The notes beneath the pieces are model-generated. The model searched no databases. It had not been told where the DNA came from and saw only the letters and a list, made by a program, of their open reading frames with translations. The translations under genes and the position numbers were made by a program. From assembly GCF_009834535.1 (NCBI RefSeq), contig NC_045696.1, positions 47,308,001 to 47,372,000 on the forward strand: a stretch of 64,000 bases of DNA, written 5' to 3'. Source of the stretch: Camelus ferus. Taxonomy: Eukaryota. This document shows, in pieces, positions 1-13,777 of this stretch; the stretch's first letter is position 1, and every line of letters begins with the position of its first letter.

Positions 1-140
<140 letters not shown>

Positions 141-1469
141 CTAGAAAACAGTCATTAAAATGTATTACTTAAGAACTGGCAATTTTCATCTCTTCTCCAT
201 TTCAAATAAAAACCCAGTTCTTTCAGAGCACCATTGCCACATTCTTTCCCAATTTATTAAATGCATATGTGCTATTCTCTCTACATGGAAGGCTACCTAT
301 CCCTTCATTCACTAACTAATGTAATCCTGGTTTCAGTTTTGTTTCCTCCAGAAAGCTTTCTCTAATCCTCTTCCACTAACTAGGTTAGGTTTGCCTGTTA
401 TACTTACCCTATAGTACATTATACTTTTATTTCATAAATTAACAAGCTTTTGCCAATCTAGCAATATTTATCCTCCCAGCTACACTGATCACTCTATGAA
501 GACATAGATTACATATCAACATTCTACTATCAATATACTTTTTGAATAAATGAAGTCCATACATTCATTCTACCTCATTTGAGGAAAGCAAATGGAAAGT
601 GGAAAGCAGCTAAATTCAAAAGCTTAGCTATGTGATTAACTATATGGTTGCTCCTTCTGCTCCCTACCAGACAGTACCTGAGCCCAGAAGTTAGAGATTA
701 CAAAGAAGGAAGTTAAAACAATTTTTTAAGTAGTCAGGTCAGGCATTGAAAAATTTTATTATTTGTTATTCCACTTTTCACTTTTCTCTTATAACCCTAT
801 AAGCACACCCCCTATCTGAACCACCTCCCGAAAAGGTAAAGCTGGGATTGAAGTCTGGGAATAGTTGTCAGCCAGCCACTTATTTTCAAAACACTTTATG
901 AGTATTATTCACTATTATGCATATCTTTTCTATAAAAATAAGTTACTTTAGAATTAGATTAAATCTGTTCTAAATGTTTTTATTTTAAAAGACTTAAAAA
1001 AAAAAAAGACTGTATTCAGGCTGTTTCAGCATCCCTCTTTCTTTCTTTTCTGTATCCCTCTTTTATTCCCTCACCCAGATGTCAGTTTTTCTTCTAAAGC
1101 TTTGCTGTTAAGAGATCTTCAGAGTATCTGTTCCCACAGAGTATGTGTTTTAACATTAAAGTAAAAGTCTATCAGACTGAAAAAACAGGTCCAAAGGCAA
1201 AGTTAGACACTGATGGTAAACATTTTGGGGTAAGGAACCTCTTGAGCATTGCCCTTTTGTCTGCTTATACAGCTAGCCCTCTAAAAGATTAAGATATTTT
1301 CTACTATAAATACAATTTCCCTCAGGACTGGACCTGTATTTCAACAACATAAATATTCTAAGATATAATAATTATTTATTACAAGGTAAAATTAAAAAAA
1401 ATTTACATATTTCCTCTTTACTCATACACACTGAATGTTTTAATGAGAATAGAATTTATTTCATTAATA

Positions 1470-1660
1470 ACTAATACTCTAGCATTTGCTCTGGCCTAGC
1501 CATGGTTCTAGGTACCATATATATGTTATTTCTTTCATCTTCATAATAAACCTGTAAGTTGGTGCTAATTATTTTACAGATGAGTAAACTGAGGAACAAA
1601 TAGACAGCAGTACAACTGGGATTTATTGCCCCTAAATCTATGCTTACAATCATTACCTAA
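1470..1660 (-). mobile_element. MIR SINE
   Basis: attattttacagatgagtaaactgagg core. Confidence 0.65.
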
Positions 1661-1849
1661 GATTAGTGCTATGAAACACCAACAAGAATGAGACCAGCTC
1701 AGCTCTGCCAATCATAAAAAAATTCAAAGTTCAAGTTCTGCAAAAAGAAAAAAGTACTGCAGCAGAAGTGCAGCAGGATAGCAGAGTGAATAATCTCCTT
1801 TCACATGATACCCATCTCTCTTTGTATCCTCAGATGTTGCTCTCATGAG

Positions 1850-2455
1850 GTCTGCACAAAGATATTCACCATAATATTATCAACCAAAATGGTTAAAACT
1901 TAAAAATATAAGAACACCAAGGAGCAGTGTGGATAAATGACAGCATATATTGCTGGCTGGAGGGTACATCGGTGTAACTTGTGGAAAACTGGTAGACCTA
2001 AGAATTCCATTATGAGGTACACAAGAGAAATGAATACATATATCCACAAAAGTGTATTAAAATGTTCATAACAGCTTTATTCCTAATTCCACCCAGAACT
2101 GGAAAAACCCAAATGTTCATCAACCGGAGAATATACATAAACTGTGGTATCTTTGTACAATAGAATTTCACATAGCAATAGAAAAGAATGAAGTACTGGC
2201 ATATGGACAACGTGAATAAATTTCACAGATTATATTAAGAGGAAGAAGCCAGACAAAGAAGTACGTTACGGATCCACTTATCCGAACCATAGAGGACAAC
2301 TGAAAAACTAACAGGGTGCTGGAAATGTTCTGTGTCATGATACAGTTGGTAGCTACTTGAGTGTACACTTATTAAAAAAAAAAAAAACCATCAAGCTCTT
2401 CACTTAAGATGAATGCACTTTATGCAATGCACATATGTTCTCACTCAATTAAACA
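1850..2455 (+). mobile_element. Old L1M 3' fragment in CIP2A intron 1
   Basis: atgttcataacagctttattc...aaacccaaatgttcatcaac...ataaactgtggtat. Confidence 0.7.
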
Positions 2456-3777
2456 GTAGATTTTGGTAAACCTCTTGAAAAGGCCAGGAACACAATCTCC
2501 AAGCCTCAAATTTCTCTTAAGTTTTTTTCAGTTCATGATAATACTTTGCTCAGATTTACAACATACCTGTTTATTCTCAAAAAGAGGTAACGTTTAAGAT
2601 ATGAATCTAGAATTCTTCACTCATAGTTCTTAAATAATACTGACAGCTCTGCTTATTTTGTGGCTTCTGGAGTCCACTAGCACACCGCTCTATCCTAATT
2701 GAGAAGCAAAGTGTTAGCATTTAACAGCCAACGCCTTCATTGTCAGGTTTGTAGGAATTCGTTGAGGTAATGAATGAAAAAAGAAAACAAATGTTCTTAG
2801 GAGACAGGCACCTGAAGTAGTAGGAGAAGCACTAGTGAAGTTTGAGAAGTTAGAGCCCTCCAGTTACAACAAAGGTCTATGTTACTGTGCCATTCACAGT
2901 TGCCTTCCTCCATAGTATCTTGCTAATCTTTGGTAATTTAGCCTTTTATCATAGGGTTAATACAACAATTAGAATATATTTTAAACTTATGTTCAATTCT
3001 ATCTCAACAGAAGCTGCAACAGAGGATAAAAATAAGCTTTGATTGGGCTTAATTGTTTTTTATTAATCTGAGGTCAATATTAGTTGGAATTCCATGAATG
3101 CCTAACAAATGACAGGAGATTAAGAGCCTAAAAACAAACAGGATCCCAGAAAGCTGTGATTATAACTTTTAACACAAAATAAGCAAATCACTGGACACTA
3201 AGGGAAAAGTGACAGCAATTCATTATTTTAAGACTGAAAAACTGTGAGCAATATATTTTGGTAAAGAAAAAAGATTATGATTACTAGAAAGGGAGACTGC
3301 TTTTCAATCCAGAGAAAGCTGAAGTAATATTTTCCAAGCTCTAGTTCAACATGACTTCAAATAAAAGCAGTAAGCAACAGGTTCAAATTGTAAACTGCCT
3401 AAGGGATAAGAAATTATTCAAGTTTTAATCACCACTCCCCATCACCTCCACCTCCGAGAACTGCCATACATTCTGCGAAGGCTCTGTTACAATGGAAAAA
3501 CCAAAATAAGAAGCAAAGGAAAAGATACAGCTCCGAGCTTTCTTCTCTACCAATTCCAAGCACAACTTAAATCCCTCAACCTTTTGTCCCACCCTCCCTC
3601 TTCCTAGGGTTTTCAGCAGTTACTCTTTCCTTGGGGGAATACGGACGGGCTGGCGGGTGGGGGTGCGTAGAAGACAGTGGGAATTCAAGGCCGACGTTCA
3701 CTCTCCTTCTTTACGAATACAAAAGACAGCGGAGGGAGCGAGGAGCTATCCTTTGTTTTTTTAGGCTGAGGACGCTA

Positions 3778-3960
<183 letters not shown>

Positions 3961-4049
3961 TCAGGGCTACCACCACCCTGCCAGCACCGGCCTCCACCTT
4001 CGGCCGCGCTTTTTTTGATTTTCGGCCCCACCCACCTCGCTCCTAGAAG

Positions 4050-4077
4050 CTTCCGGTTCCGGTTGCGCTCCGGAAGT
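4050..4077. promoter_or_regulatory. Cluster of ETS-family (GABPA/ELK1/ETS1-type) sites
   Basis: cttccgg 4050-4056, gttccgg 4056-4062 and ccggaagt 4070-4077, in both orientations. Confidence 0.8.
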
Positions 4078-4280
4078 CCCTAGACAACCTAGGGACTACC
4101 CTCAATAAAGGGAAAGGAGGGGAAGCGCGGGGCGGTGGAGGGAAGGTGATGGGTGGGGGAGGGGGGAATGGTAGAGGCGCTTTGTGAGTCCGCGAAGAGG
4201 GTTAGGGGCCGTCCTTTCAGAGCCTCCCTTGCTCTGAACAGTCGCGAGGTTTTAGTTCGAGATCCCGTGAAGACGAGACA

Positions 4281-4290
4281 TCTCGCGAGA
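4281..4290. promoter_or_regulatory. Palindromic CGCG element TCTCGCGAGA (BANP motif, formerly attributed to ZBTB33)
   Basis: Exact TCTCGCGAGA; a degenerate gtcgcgag lies at 4241-4248. Confidence 0.85.
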
Positions 4291-4461
4291 GATGTAATTG
4301 CGGCTCCACCTGTGAAGGGGCGGTTGGATGCCGGGGTGTCCTTGTTCATCAGTGCGCTCTGCTTTCGTTTGCTTCCTCGGCCTTCACGCTGGATGGCCAG
4401 TTTTTCCTTTGTGCAGCATCCTCTACCCGAGAAACGGTCGCTTCCCCCTAGTCTAGACACG
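4291..4461 (+). other. DZIP3: DZIP3 non-coding exon 1 (5' boundary approximate)
   Basis: Lies in the CpG island and ends at an ACG|GTGAGG donor (GT 4462-4463); the TSS cannot be determined from sequence. Confidence 0.65.
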
Positions 4462-6659
4462 GTGAGGAGCTCTGAGGTGGAGAATCTTGGGCCCTAGATT
4501 TTGAAGCGGCCTGGGCGGGGCCTCTTTTTAAATAGCTCATATGTCCACCCCTTCTGCCCGCGAATGTTTGTTTCTCAGAGTAAACCTATGGCCATTAGGA
4601 TTCGGTGGCAAATTAGTCATGCCCTTGTGATAGTTGTTGTCAGACTTTCGAGAAAGCTACTCTAGGTGACTCCTGGGCCAGGTATTGCTCCGGAGGGTGT
4701 TCTCGTTAGCGTCAGTTTTTGTAAGTGAAGGTATTTGTTTTTATCTAGCATGACTGATTTATAAATCTTGGTGTCTGCGAAAATGGCACTGTCGTTTGCG
4801 GGGTTTGACCAGAGATAATTAATATTATGCATGTGTATATAATGAGTCAGGCTGGTTCTGGCGCTTTTTGCTTAATGTATGCTAATGTTGAATAAAGCTT
4901 TAAAAGCCAGTTTGGAGAGAATTGTAGGAAAAGGGTAGACGTCCTTTTAATTAAACCATTCGTCAGGAATCATGTTTTGTCAATTCAAAGTATATTTTAC
5001 GTCACTTTCTAAAGACAGGAATTAATTTTATATTAAAAACAATTTTAAAATTAAATCTGAAAGTTTAATTGAGGCATATATGTAAAAATCATTGGTAATT
5101 AATGTTTATGCATTCATTCTGTAAACAATTACTGATTGTATAAAGTGGGCTAGATCTGCAGTCACAGATCCTGCAGGGAAGAAACTGTCTAGTAAAGGAA
5201 ATGTACTAAATAGATAGTACACAGGATTCACCACACAAATCAGACACCAAGCAGTTATGGTAAAGAGTGAAGCCAGGCTGTCTGCTTACAAATCCTAGCT
5301 CTACCATTTACTATGTGACCATAGGCAAATTTTCACTGCTTCAGTTTCTTCGTAAAGTAAAATCTGATTAACAGTACCTGTTTCATAAGTGTCCATGCAA
5401 TAAATAATTAGAGCCTACAATAGGCTAGGCACTAATCTAGGCACTAGATTCAGTGAATAAAATAAAAATCCTGCTGTCATAAAACAAAAAATCCTATCAT
5501 TACATTTGATAAGGGAAAGAAAAACAATAATTAATAAAAACAATAAGTTAAGGAAAGTGAGATGAAAAAAATAGAGAATGGTTCCTGCAGAGTAATGGTT
5601 AAAAAAGGTAAATGGGAGGTCAGGATAGAGAAATCAGCATTTAAGGAAAAACTTCAAGGAGTTGAAAAAAGAGCCATGCTCTCTAAAGGGAAAGATCTGT
5701 AGATAGAATAGCAAGGGCAAAGGCCTTGAAATGGGAGCCTGTCAATGGGAATTAGGAACAGCAAGGACTCCAGGATGGCTGGGGTAGAGACAGCAAGGGT
5801 AAAAGTAGTAGAGATGAAGTCATGTCAGGTTATCATAAAATGAGTTAACCAATGAAGAATTTAGAACAGTTGGCCTGGCGTAATTATGTTCTCAGCAGGT
5901 GTTACATCTTCATTCGTTGACGAATGAGTGATAACAGTTTGTCAGTATCAGACTTTTCACTAATAATGACAAGTCATCATCATCATTTTGAGTGGAGGGA
6001 AGAAGGTCAAAGCTGCTTGTTGTAAGTGCTATCTTTCTTTGAAATCCTTACATTTTAACTTGGGCAGTTGTAAAAATTTTGCGTCTCTTCTATAAGGTAT
6101 TTATTTTATTGTAAATTAATGTCTTTCTCAAAAAAATCTTCACCAAAAATTGACATAGGGTACACAGGATGTGCAACCGTGGTAGCTCTGACATGTTTAG
6201 TTTTGGCCTATCCTAATATGAGAAATATAGAGCCTTATTTTAAGACCCCATAAAGGAGGTAAAGAAGGAGGAAATGAAGCTGGGTCTAGATGACTGAAGG
6301 CTTTATTAGCCTTGTGCTTGGACTCAATCCTGAATTAGTGGTGATCTCTGGTTTTAAACTAGGGTCTGATCTAGTTAGGTTTGTGTATTAGATTGATTAC
6401 TCTGGTAGCTGGATAGGCTATGATTTGAGGATAAGACCAGAACTAGTAACAATATTTAATTTGCTGGAATCTTTCCAAAGGATAGCTAGGATAATTGAAA
6501 TGGAGATAGCAAAAAGAAGACAAATTTAAGAGAAATAGGCAGGACTTAGTGAATGATTTCAAATGTGAAGAGTGAGGAGAGGGATAAAACTGGAAAGGAT
6601 TCCAAGTTTCTAGTTTGGGTGACAGAGAAGATACAGAAACTGCTGAAGTAGTCAATAGT

Positions 6660-8100
6660 AAAGTACTCAGGTTGTATTTCATGTTCAGTGAAATTGTATG
6701 TAGTTCAACATGTAGTCTTGTATTATTCTCATTATATTTATTCCTGGGTATTGTATAATTTTTGTTACTGGTAGTAGGTTCTCTTTCTCCTATGCATTTT
6801 AAATTTGTCATTGCTACTGTTAAAAGAGAAACTGATTTTTGATACATCTTTCATCCAGCCTACTGACTAAAATCCCTTATTGATTTAGTTTTTCTTATTC
6901 TCTTTGATTTTCTAGCTATAAATCATCTGCAAATAATAATTTCATCTCTTCTAATATTTGTTGTCTTACTTTATTTCATTAGTGTAATTTCTAAAATATG
7001 GAATAATCATGATGATATTGAACATCTTAGTCTTACTACTTAATTGAATGGGAATGACCAGTATTTTAACAGTATAATTTGTGCTATTGATGTGAGATAA
7101 GTATTCTTTAAAATGTTTAAGCAATTGCCCTTTATACCTGTTTTATTTAAAGATTTGCCAAAATGTCTACTAAAAAATTATCAGATGTTTACATATATAT
7201 ATATATCTTATTTTTCCCTTTGAAGTGGTAATGCAATGGATTATGTTGTTTTTATTCGTCGGATAATAATAGCTAACATGTATTGAGCATTTGCCATGTG
7301 CCAAGCACTGTTCTAACAACTTAACCATTTAATTTTTATGTCATGCTTTAGGTTTCTCATTTTACAGATGAAGAAATTGAGAGAGAGGTGAAATAATTAC
7401 CCAACGTCACACAAGTAGTAGTTGCAAACCTTCTATTTGATATGCTGCAAATATTTTATTCAGGATTTTATATTTATGTTTGTGAGAATTTGAAGTAATT
7501 TTTTTTTATTCTCTTGGAATTTGGATTATATTGCTACTTTTGAAAAATAAATTGGAAGTTTTCCATCTTTTTTTGGTGCTATAGGGTAATGAGAATCACA
7601 TACGAATCATCTGATTCTTGTATATTGTGTACAACTGGCCTATAAAATCAAGCTTGATAGCTTATTTAGTGGTAGATCTTTAAGAAATATTTGAATTTGT
7701 AGTATGGTTATAGATGTGATTTTTTTTTTTACCTTTTCTTGAGTTAGATTTGGAAATAAAAATTTTTTAGCGTATCAACTATTTGTCTATATTTGAAAAT
7801 TTATTGATATGAAGTTGCATTTGTATTCCAGTAATTCTCCTAACTCTTCTTTGTTGTTTAAAATTTCCTTTTTCATTCTGATGTTAATCTGTTTTCTTAG
7901 TTCGGCTTTCCAAGGGTTTGTCTATTTTATTCAACTTTTCAAGAACCAACTTTTATTTAATTCTTGGTTTTTTTTTCCCCAGAATCCCTAATTTTACTTT
8001 TATCTTTAACAATTCCATCCATATACATACATTTCCCTTTATTTGTCCTTTTTATTGTTGTTTTAAAGTTGGAGGCTTAGCATATTTCCAAACCATATTT
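6660..8100 (-). mobile_element. Ancient L1M ORF2 remnant with a nested MIR (~7265-7430)
   Basis: T-rich degenerate antisense L1 phrases (catctgcaaataat, ggcctataaaatca); MIR core tttacagatgaagaaattga. Confidence 0.6.
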
Positions 8101-9009
8101 TATTAAAGATTATTCCAGAAAAATGTAAAAAGACCGTAGTTAAAGTGAACTTCTGCATTTTACTTTAAAGAAAGTTTAATTACTTTAATCAGTCAAGTAT
8201 TTTTTTAAATGTTAATTAATATTCATTTATCAAATATTTATTGAATGCTAGTTCTTTTTCAAAGGCTTAGTGTCTGTTGGGGAAGTAGACAAACTATTTC
8301 TCTATTTAAGAGAAATAGAATGCTGTAGGAACACATGGTATTTTTTAGGGCAAAATATTAAGTATCTGATTTCTTCATCAAGGATTGACATTAAATCTCT
8401 TTTCTTGTTAAGTTTTTATTGTTGTCTGTTCTTTATATTTGATATAGGTATTTTTCCCAATTTATAGTTTAGGAAACACATTTAAGGGAGTTAAACAAAA
8501 TTTGCTTACGAGTTGGCAACTCAGGGGCTATGTAGCTCCTTTATTCTGAAAAAACTGGAAAAGAGCATATCTTCAATGCTGAATAGTAAAATGGAAATTT
8601 TTAATGTCTCATGACCAGGGTTTAAATCGTATTAGATGAACATAGTGAAGATATGAATTAGATTTTTAATGAAAGTGCAGAGTTTGTAGAATACTGAATG
8701 TTGTAATATGGGAATTATACCAGAGGTGTAAACACAGGGCTAATTGTTAATTCATTTACTGACCATACATTTAATGAGTGCTTGAGTGGCAGGTACATTT
8801 CTAGGTTCTGGGGATACTGCAGTGAATCAAATAGACAAAAATTTCTACCCAAGTAGAGCTTTTATTTTAATATAGGATATAGACAGTAAGCAAGATATAT
8901 AAGTAAAATATATGAATGTTAGTAACAAGTGCTATGGAAGAAAAGAAAGGGAAGAGAAATAGGAAATATCAGAGTCAGGATGGGGTATTATAATTTTAGT
9001 TAGGGTGGA

Positions 9010-9150
9010 GTATTGATCAGTATTTGCTGCATAACACGTCACCTCAAAACTCAGAGGTTAAAACCATGAGCATTTATTTCTTGGTTTGTTGGTTAACTGC
9101 TGTTAGTCTGAACTAAGCCTGACTTGGCTGGGTGGCTCTGCTTCAGCTGT
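9010..9150. mobile_element. MLT1-type MaLR LTR fragment inside L2 remnants
   Basis: ttgctgcataaca...cctcaaaactcagaggttaaaacc...catttattt. Confidence 0.55.
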
Positions 9151-10524
9151 TTTGTGAAGGGGAGATAACAAGAACTCAGTTTCAGTTACAGTGAGGTGTC
9201 TACTAGACATGTGAGAGCTGTTGAGTAGACTGTTGAGTACATTATTTGCGTTAAGGGAGAAGTCAAGGCTGGAGATAAAAATTTAAAGCCTCAAGACTGA
9301 ATAATACAGATTGAATAGGATAGAAAAGACTGAACCCCAAAGTACTTAAGTATTTAGAGATTGGAGAGATGTGGAGGAACCAACAAAGAACATGGAGACA
9401 TAGTTGCCAGGGGACAAGGGACCTATCTTGACCCCATGGTTGTCTCTTGGGATCCATCTTAATTGTAGCATCTGGGCTGCTTTTGACTTATAAAGGAGGA
9501 ATCAACAGAGAAGGCAGTCTTAATCTACACTGAGGGTCACTTTTTTACTTCTTCCTTCAGAGGCCTGGATGTATGCAGAAAGATCAGTGACTTCATTCTT
9601 TAAATCAATATTGAGTGCTTGAAGTAGGTACAGAAGGTACTGTTACTGCTGTAAGCACCAGTATTATAGCAAAGGGATTAAAAAACTTTCCTGACTTTGT
9701 GGGGCTTCCATGTTAGTGGGGGCATGAGGCCAAATGTAAAACTGAGCTTACTCAGTAGGCAGAAATAGCAGGTAGAACAAAAGATTCAAGGCAAAGAATT
9801 CAGTGGTAAAAAAATTGGCACAGGTTTAGGCATGGGGTCATTTGGATACTATGTCTCCACTATGGGTAAAACAGTTGAAATATGTACTAATAGTAAATTG
9901 ATTTTACACTTTACACAGAGCCAGAAAAAAAAAAAAAAAGTCTGTACAATTAATGTCAATTCTCACTTTGCAGAAATGTTAACCTTCACCACAAAGCCAG
10001 AAAACCTAAATAAACCAAAATTATTCTCCCTTTACAATTCTTCTTCTTCCTGTTTCCTTTCCTATCAAAAATTAAGATTCCGCTAATCTCTAAATGATTT
10101 ACCAGACCATAAAATTAACTTTCTCACTTTTCAAACAGTTCCTGATTTTTTTCCCTATATATTTCACAATTCAACTCTGGGTTAAGAATAGAAGGTTTGG
10201 ATAATTTGGGTCAATATTTTTGTCCCTTGATTTCACATCAAGTTCACATCATATCTCAAAATCAAAAGTTTGCCTTTAAAAAACCCACAGAAGTACTATC
10301 CATTGTTTCTGAATCTAATTTTGTAGTTAAGTAAAGGTGAAAGTGAGATATTTTTATTTAAAAGTTATACTATTTTTAATTATAACTAGTATTTTCTGAA
10401 GTCCTACTTTGTGCAGAGCCAGGTCCTTTGCATATCTCCTTTAAAAAATTTTTGTCCTTTAGGAAATAGATACTATCGAGTTTATGAAATCTGTTTCCTG
10501 AGTTAAAAAGTGAAGTTATTTTCT

Positions 10525-10745
10525 AAGATGGGTGTCCAAAGTAGATTATGGACTCCTGAGATATGTGAAACTGACTATTAGGATATGGGAGCAAATAGTA
10601 GAACTTATCTGTTTACTTATTTTAATCTCATTCTCTTTTATATTGTAATGGTGCTTACAATAGCATGGATAACACAAATGAATTGCTATTCATGTATTCT
10701 CAGATTTACTTCCTTAGAAGTATGTGATCCAAAAAGAAAAGATTT
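10525..10745 (-). mobile_element. MER112-like hAT-Charlie DNA transposon fossil
   Basis: tgtccaaagtag... start and gtatgtgatccaaaaag end resemble recalled MER112 subterminal sequences. Confidence 0.45.
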
Positions 10746-13104
10746 TAGAGAAGTCTTTAGAGAAGTCTTCTAAAATCTTCTTAAGATCTCTAAAATCTTT
10801 AACCTTTAACAGAGTATTTGAACAGGTACTATATGTGGTATAGTATCTGGCATTGTTCTGAATTGTTTTGTTGATTAAATGAATTCTCTTAGCAAAAACT
10901 AATGTGAGTAGTATACAATGAAATATTAAACTGACAAAATTAATTATCTTACAATATCATTTACAGACCAGGAAGGTCATGTAAATAGTTTTGTTTCTGT
11001 GTTTTTATGTGCATATTATCTACTTTAGTTCATAAATTGTACACTAAGCTTATTATAAAGTCAAGTATGTCACACTTAATGAGACTAGTGTAAGGAACAT
11101 GGAATTTGCAGTTTCACTAACTGGGACATGAATTCCTGCTCTTATTGATTTATTAGCCACGTAAATTCTCTAAGCCTGAATTTCTTAATTTTTAAAATGG
11201 ATGACAGTAATACATTTTACAGAGTTGTGTGGAAATCAGATGTGTAGTCAGGATGCCTAGATGTATAGCCTAGACCCCTGCTGAAAATTAATCTTATTTT
11301 CAATGAAACTAAAGTTAATATACCCAGCTTATTTCATATAATGGAAGCCGAAAGCTTGATCTACCTTCTCATCTAAACCCTTCTTACAAAAGTAAGCCTT
11401 TCTGAGATAATGAGAGATAGCTACTTTTCTTATATATGTGGGATCAAGTTGGATTTGGGTAAAGTCATGGTGGTGGAGGAGTCCAGTACATATTGTGTTC
11501 TCCATTCCCTGCATGTATCATGTCTCAACATTCTGTCTTGTTTCCTTTTTTCATTATTGTCTAACAATTCTAATGACAACATAGTATTTTTAAATTGCTG
11601 AAAATATTGCACTTTTGAAGAGTTTGTTTGGGGGATAACAGGGTTCTTTCAATGGTCCTAGTTACATTTCTGAGCAGCGTGGTTTTGGCAATGCTACCTG
11701 AAACTGATGGGTAGATAAATATCTGGATTTTTTTCAGGTAAATTCTAACCTGTGCATATTTACTATAGGTACATTTCAAATATTTATAACAAATTAATGT
11801 GTATGTTTTGTAGGTTTGCCTGTGTAAGTCCAGGGATAACTGACTGAATAGATCTGAAGAGAACTGAAAACCTACTTCAGGCAAGATGCTAATTTTGACA
11901 TGGATATTCCCTATGTTGGCAGATTTATAAGGATGGGGCATTGGGTATGCATTGCAAGTTTCTTGCTTTCTGGTACAAGCTGCCTGATAGTGCTAACAAT
12001 GATCTTTGCTAAATGGCAAGAGCTGAGATAGACAGTGAGTATCCTGGTCATTTGAGGCAGAAAATATCTTCGGTTCCTGATAACTTTGGCAAAGATATTC
12101 TAACCATTGTCTGTTAGTCCTGGAGTTTAATTAAGCAAGCCATATATTTTTTCCTTGAGAGAAAATATTGTTTTGGCCTCCCTTGTCTAAGTATGTTCAT
12201 TTTGAGGCTTTGCCAAGAACCTAAACAAATACAAAATGGAAGAAATTAATGAAAAATTAGAAAACCAAATAGTCAGTAGATTTTGTTCATTCTTCACACA
12301 GCTAATAACACTGGTGGTACAACCTGTTATTCTTTGAGTCTAACCTGATGGTCCTAGCCCTTCTTGTTTACCCAGTGCTATCTAGCATGTGAGAAATAAA
12401 GGTTTTGAAAGTTCTAGAGCCACAGAGCACCTGCAAAAAATAGTTAGTTTTGATTCTAAGGAACTCCCATCACAAATATCTTGAATTGTTCTTAGAAACT
12501 GTCCTCTTCATGGTTTTTTTCAGCCTTGAAGTGGTTACTATACTTTCCATATGTGGCCAAAACATCTCATATCTCAAAGGAGTTTTTGGAATTCTTTTGG
12601 CAAAATTTAGCAGGAATGATAACTAGCATTGTCAGAGTTTGCTTTATTAACAGACCCATGAAATTCTGGAGTACATTGAATTCAATGCTGAAATAGTAAA
12701 TCCAGCTTTTTAAGATAGGTTTCAAAATTTTACCAAGATGCATGTTCAATATTGTTTATTGCAGCATTGTTTATAATAGCAAAAAACAAACACACACAAA
12801 ATGGGCACAATTGAAGTATTTATCAGTAGTGGTCTGGTAAAATGATACATTTATACAGTGGCATGCCATGCAGTTTAAGGAATATGGCAGATGTATATGT
12901 GCTGATGTGAAAAATGCGAGGGGCAAACATGCAAAGTAAGCTGCCATGTGTGCCATTTGGGATATAGTTGAAAAGTGTTTTTGTCGCAATTCTTAAGTCT
13001 AATTATTACCATTCCTTTTCATACGATAGCATTTCTCCAAGGTAGAGAATTAGAAGGAAAGTGAACTGATTTTGACACAAATTTAAACAAAATTAAGTGA
13101 AGAT

Positions 13105-13355
13105 GATGATAGGAACACTTACATAGTTCTTAATATATATATGCCAGGTATTGTTCTATTACATGTTTTAAACATTTACTCTTCACTACAACTCTGTGAA
13201 TCACATACCATCTTTATCCCCATTTTTCAGACGATGAAACTGAGGCACCAAAGTGTTAATTAATTTCACATAAGTTTGCATGGCTAGTATGTGTTGAAGC
13301 ACATTTACATACCCTTGCAGACTGGTTCCAGTGTCTCTGTGCTCTTAACTACCAG
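13105..13355 (-). mobile_element. MIR SINE
   Basis: tatccccatttttcagacgatgaaactgaggcac core. Confidence 0.8.
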
Positions 13356-13557
13356 TTCTGTATGGCCTCTCAACTTACATTTGATGTTGTTGGAAACTTA
13401 ATGAGATACATTATTATTTCTCTTCCTTGTAGACAAATGATTTGTTGTTTGTGTTTATACATAATACCTAATAACAGGATGGTCTTTTTTATTCCAGGGA
13501 ACAATCTGTTTTATGTTCATTTAGTTAATCTTTTCCATTTTAACTCACTCATTTAGT

Positions 13558-13777
13558 TATGTAATTCTCAACTGGGGGCAATTTTTCCCTCAGGAGACAT
13601 TTGGCAGTGTTTGGAGACATTTTTGGTTGCTACAGTGGGGCTGAGAGGTGGGAGAGAGTTGCTACTGTCATATACTGAGTAGCTGGGGATGTTGCTAAAC
13701 ATCATTAAAATGCATAAGACAGCTTTCTATAACCAAGATTTATGTAGCCCAAATGTCACTAGGGCCAAGAAACCCTG
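13558..13777 (+). mobile_element. MER20 hAT DNA transposon
   Basis: ttctcaactgggggcaattttt...gacatttggcagtgtttggagacatttttggttg...gaaaccctg. Confidence 0.85.
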
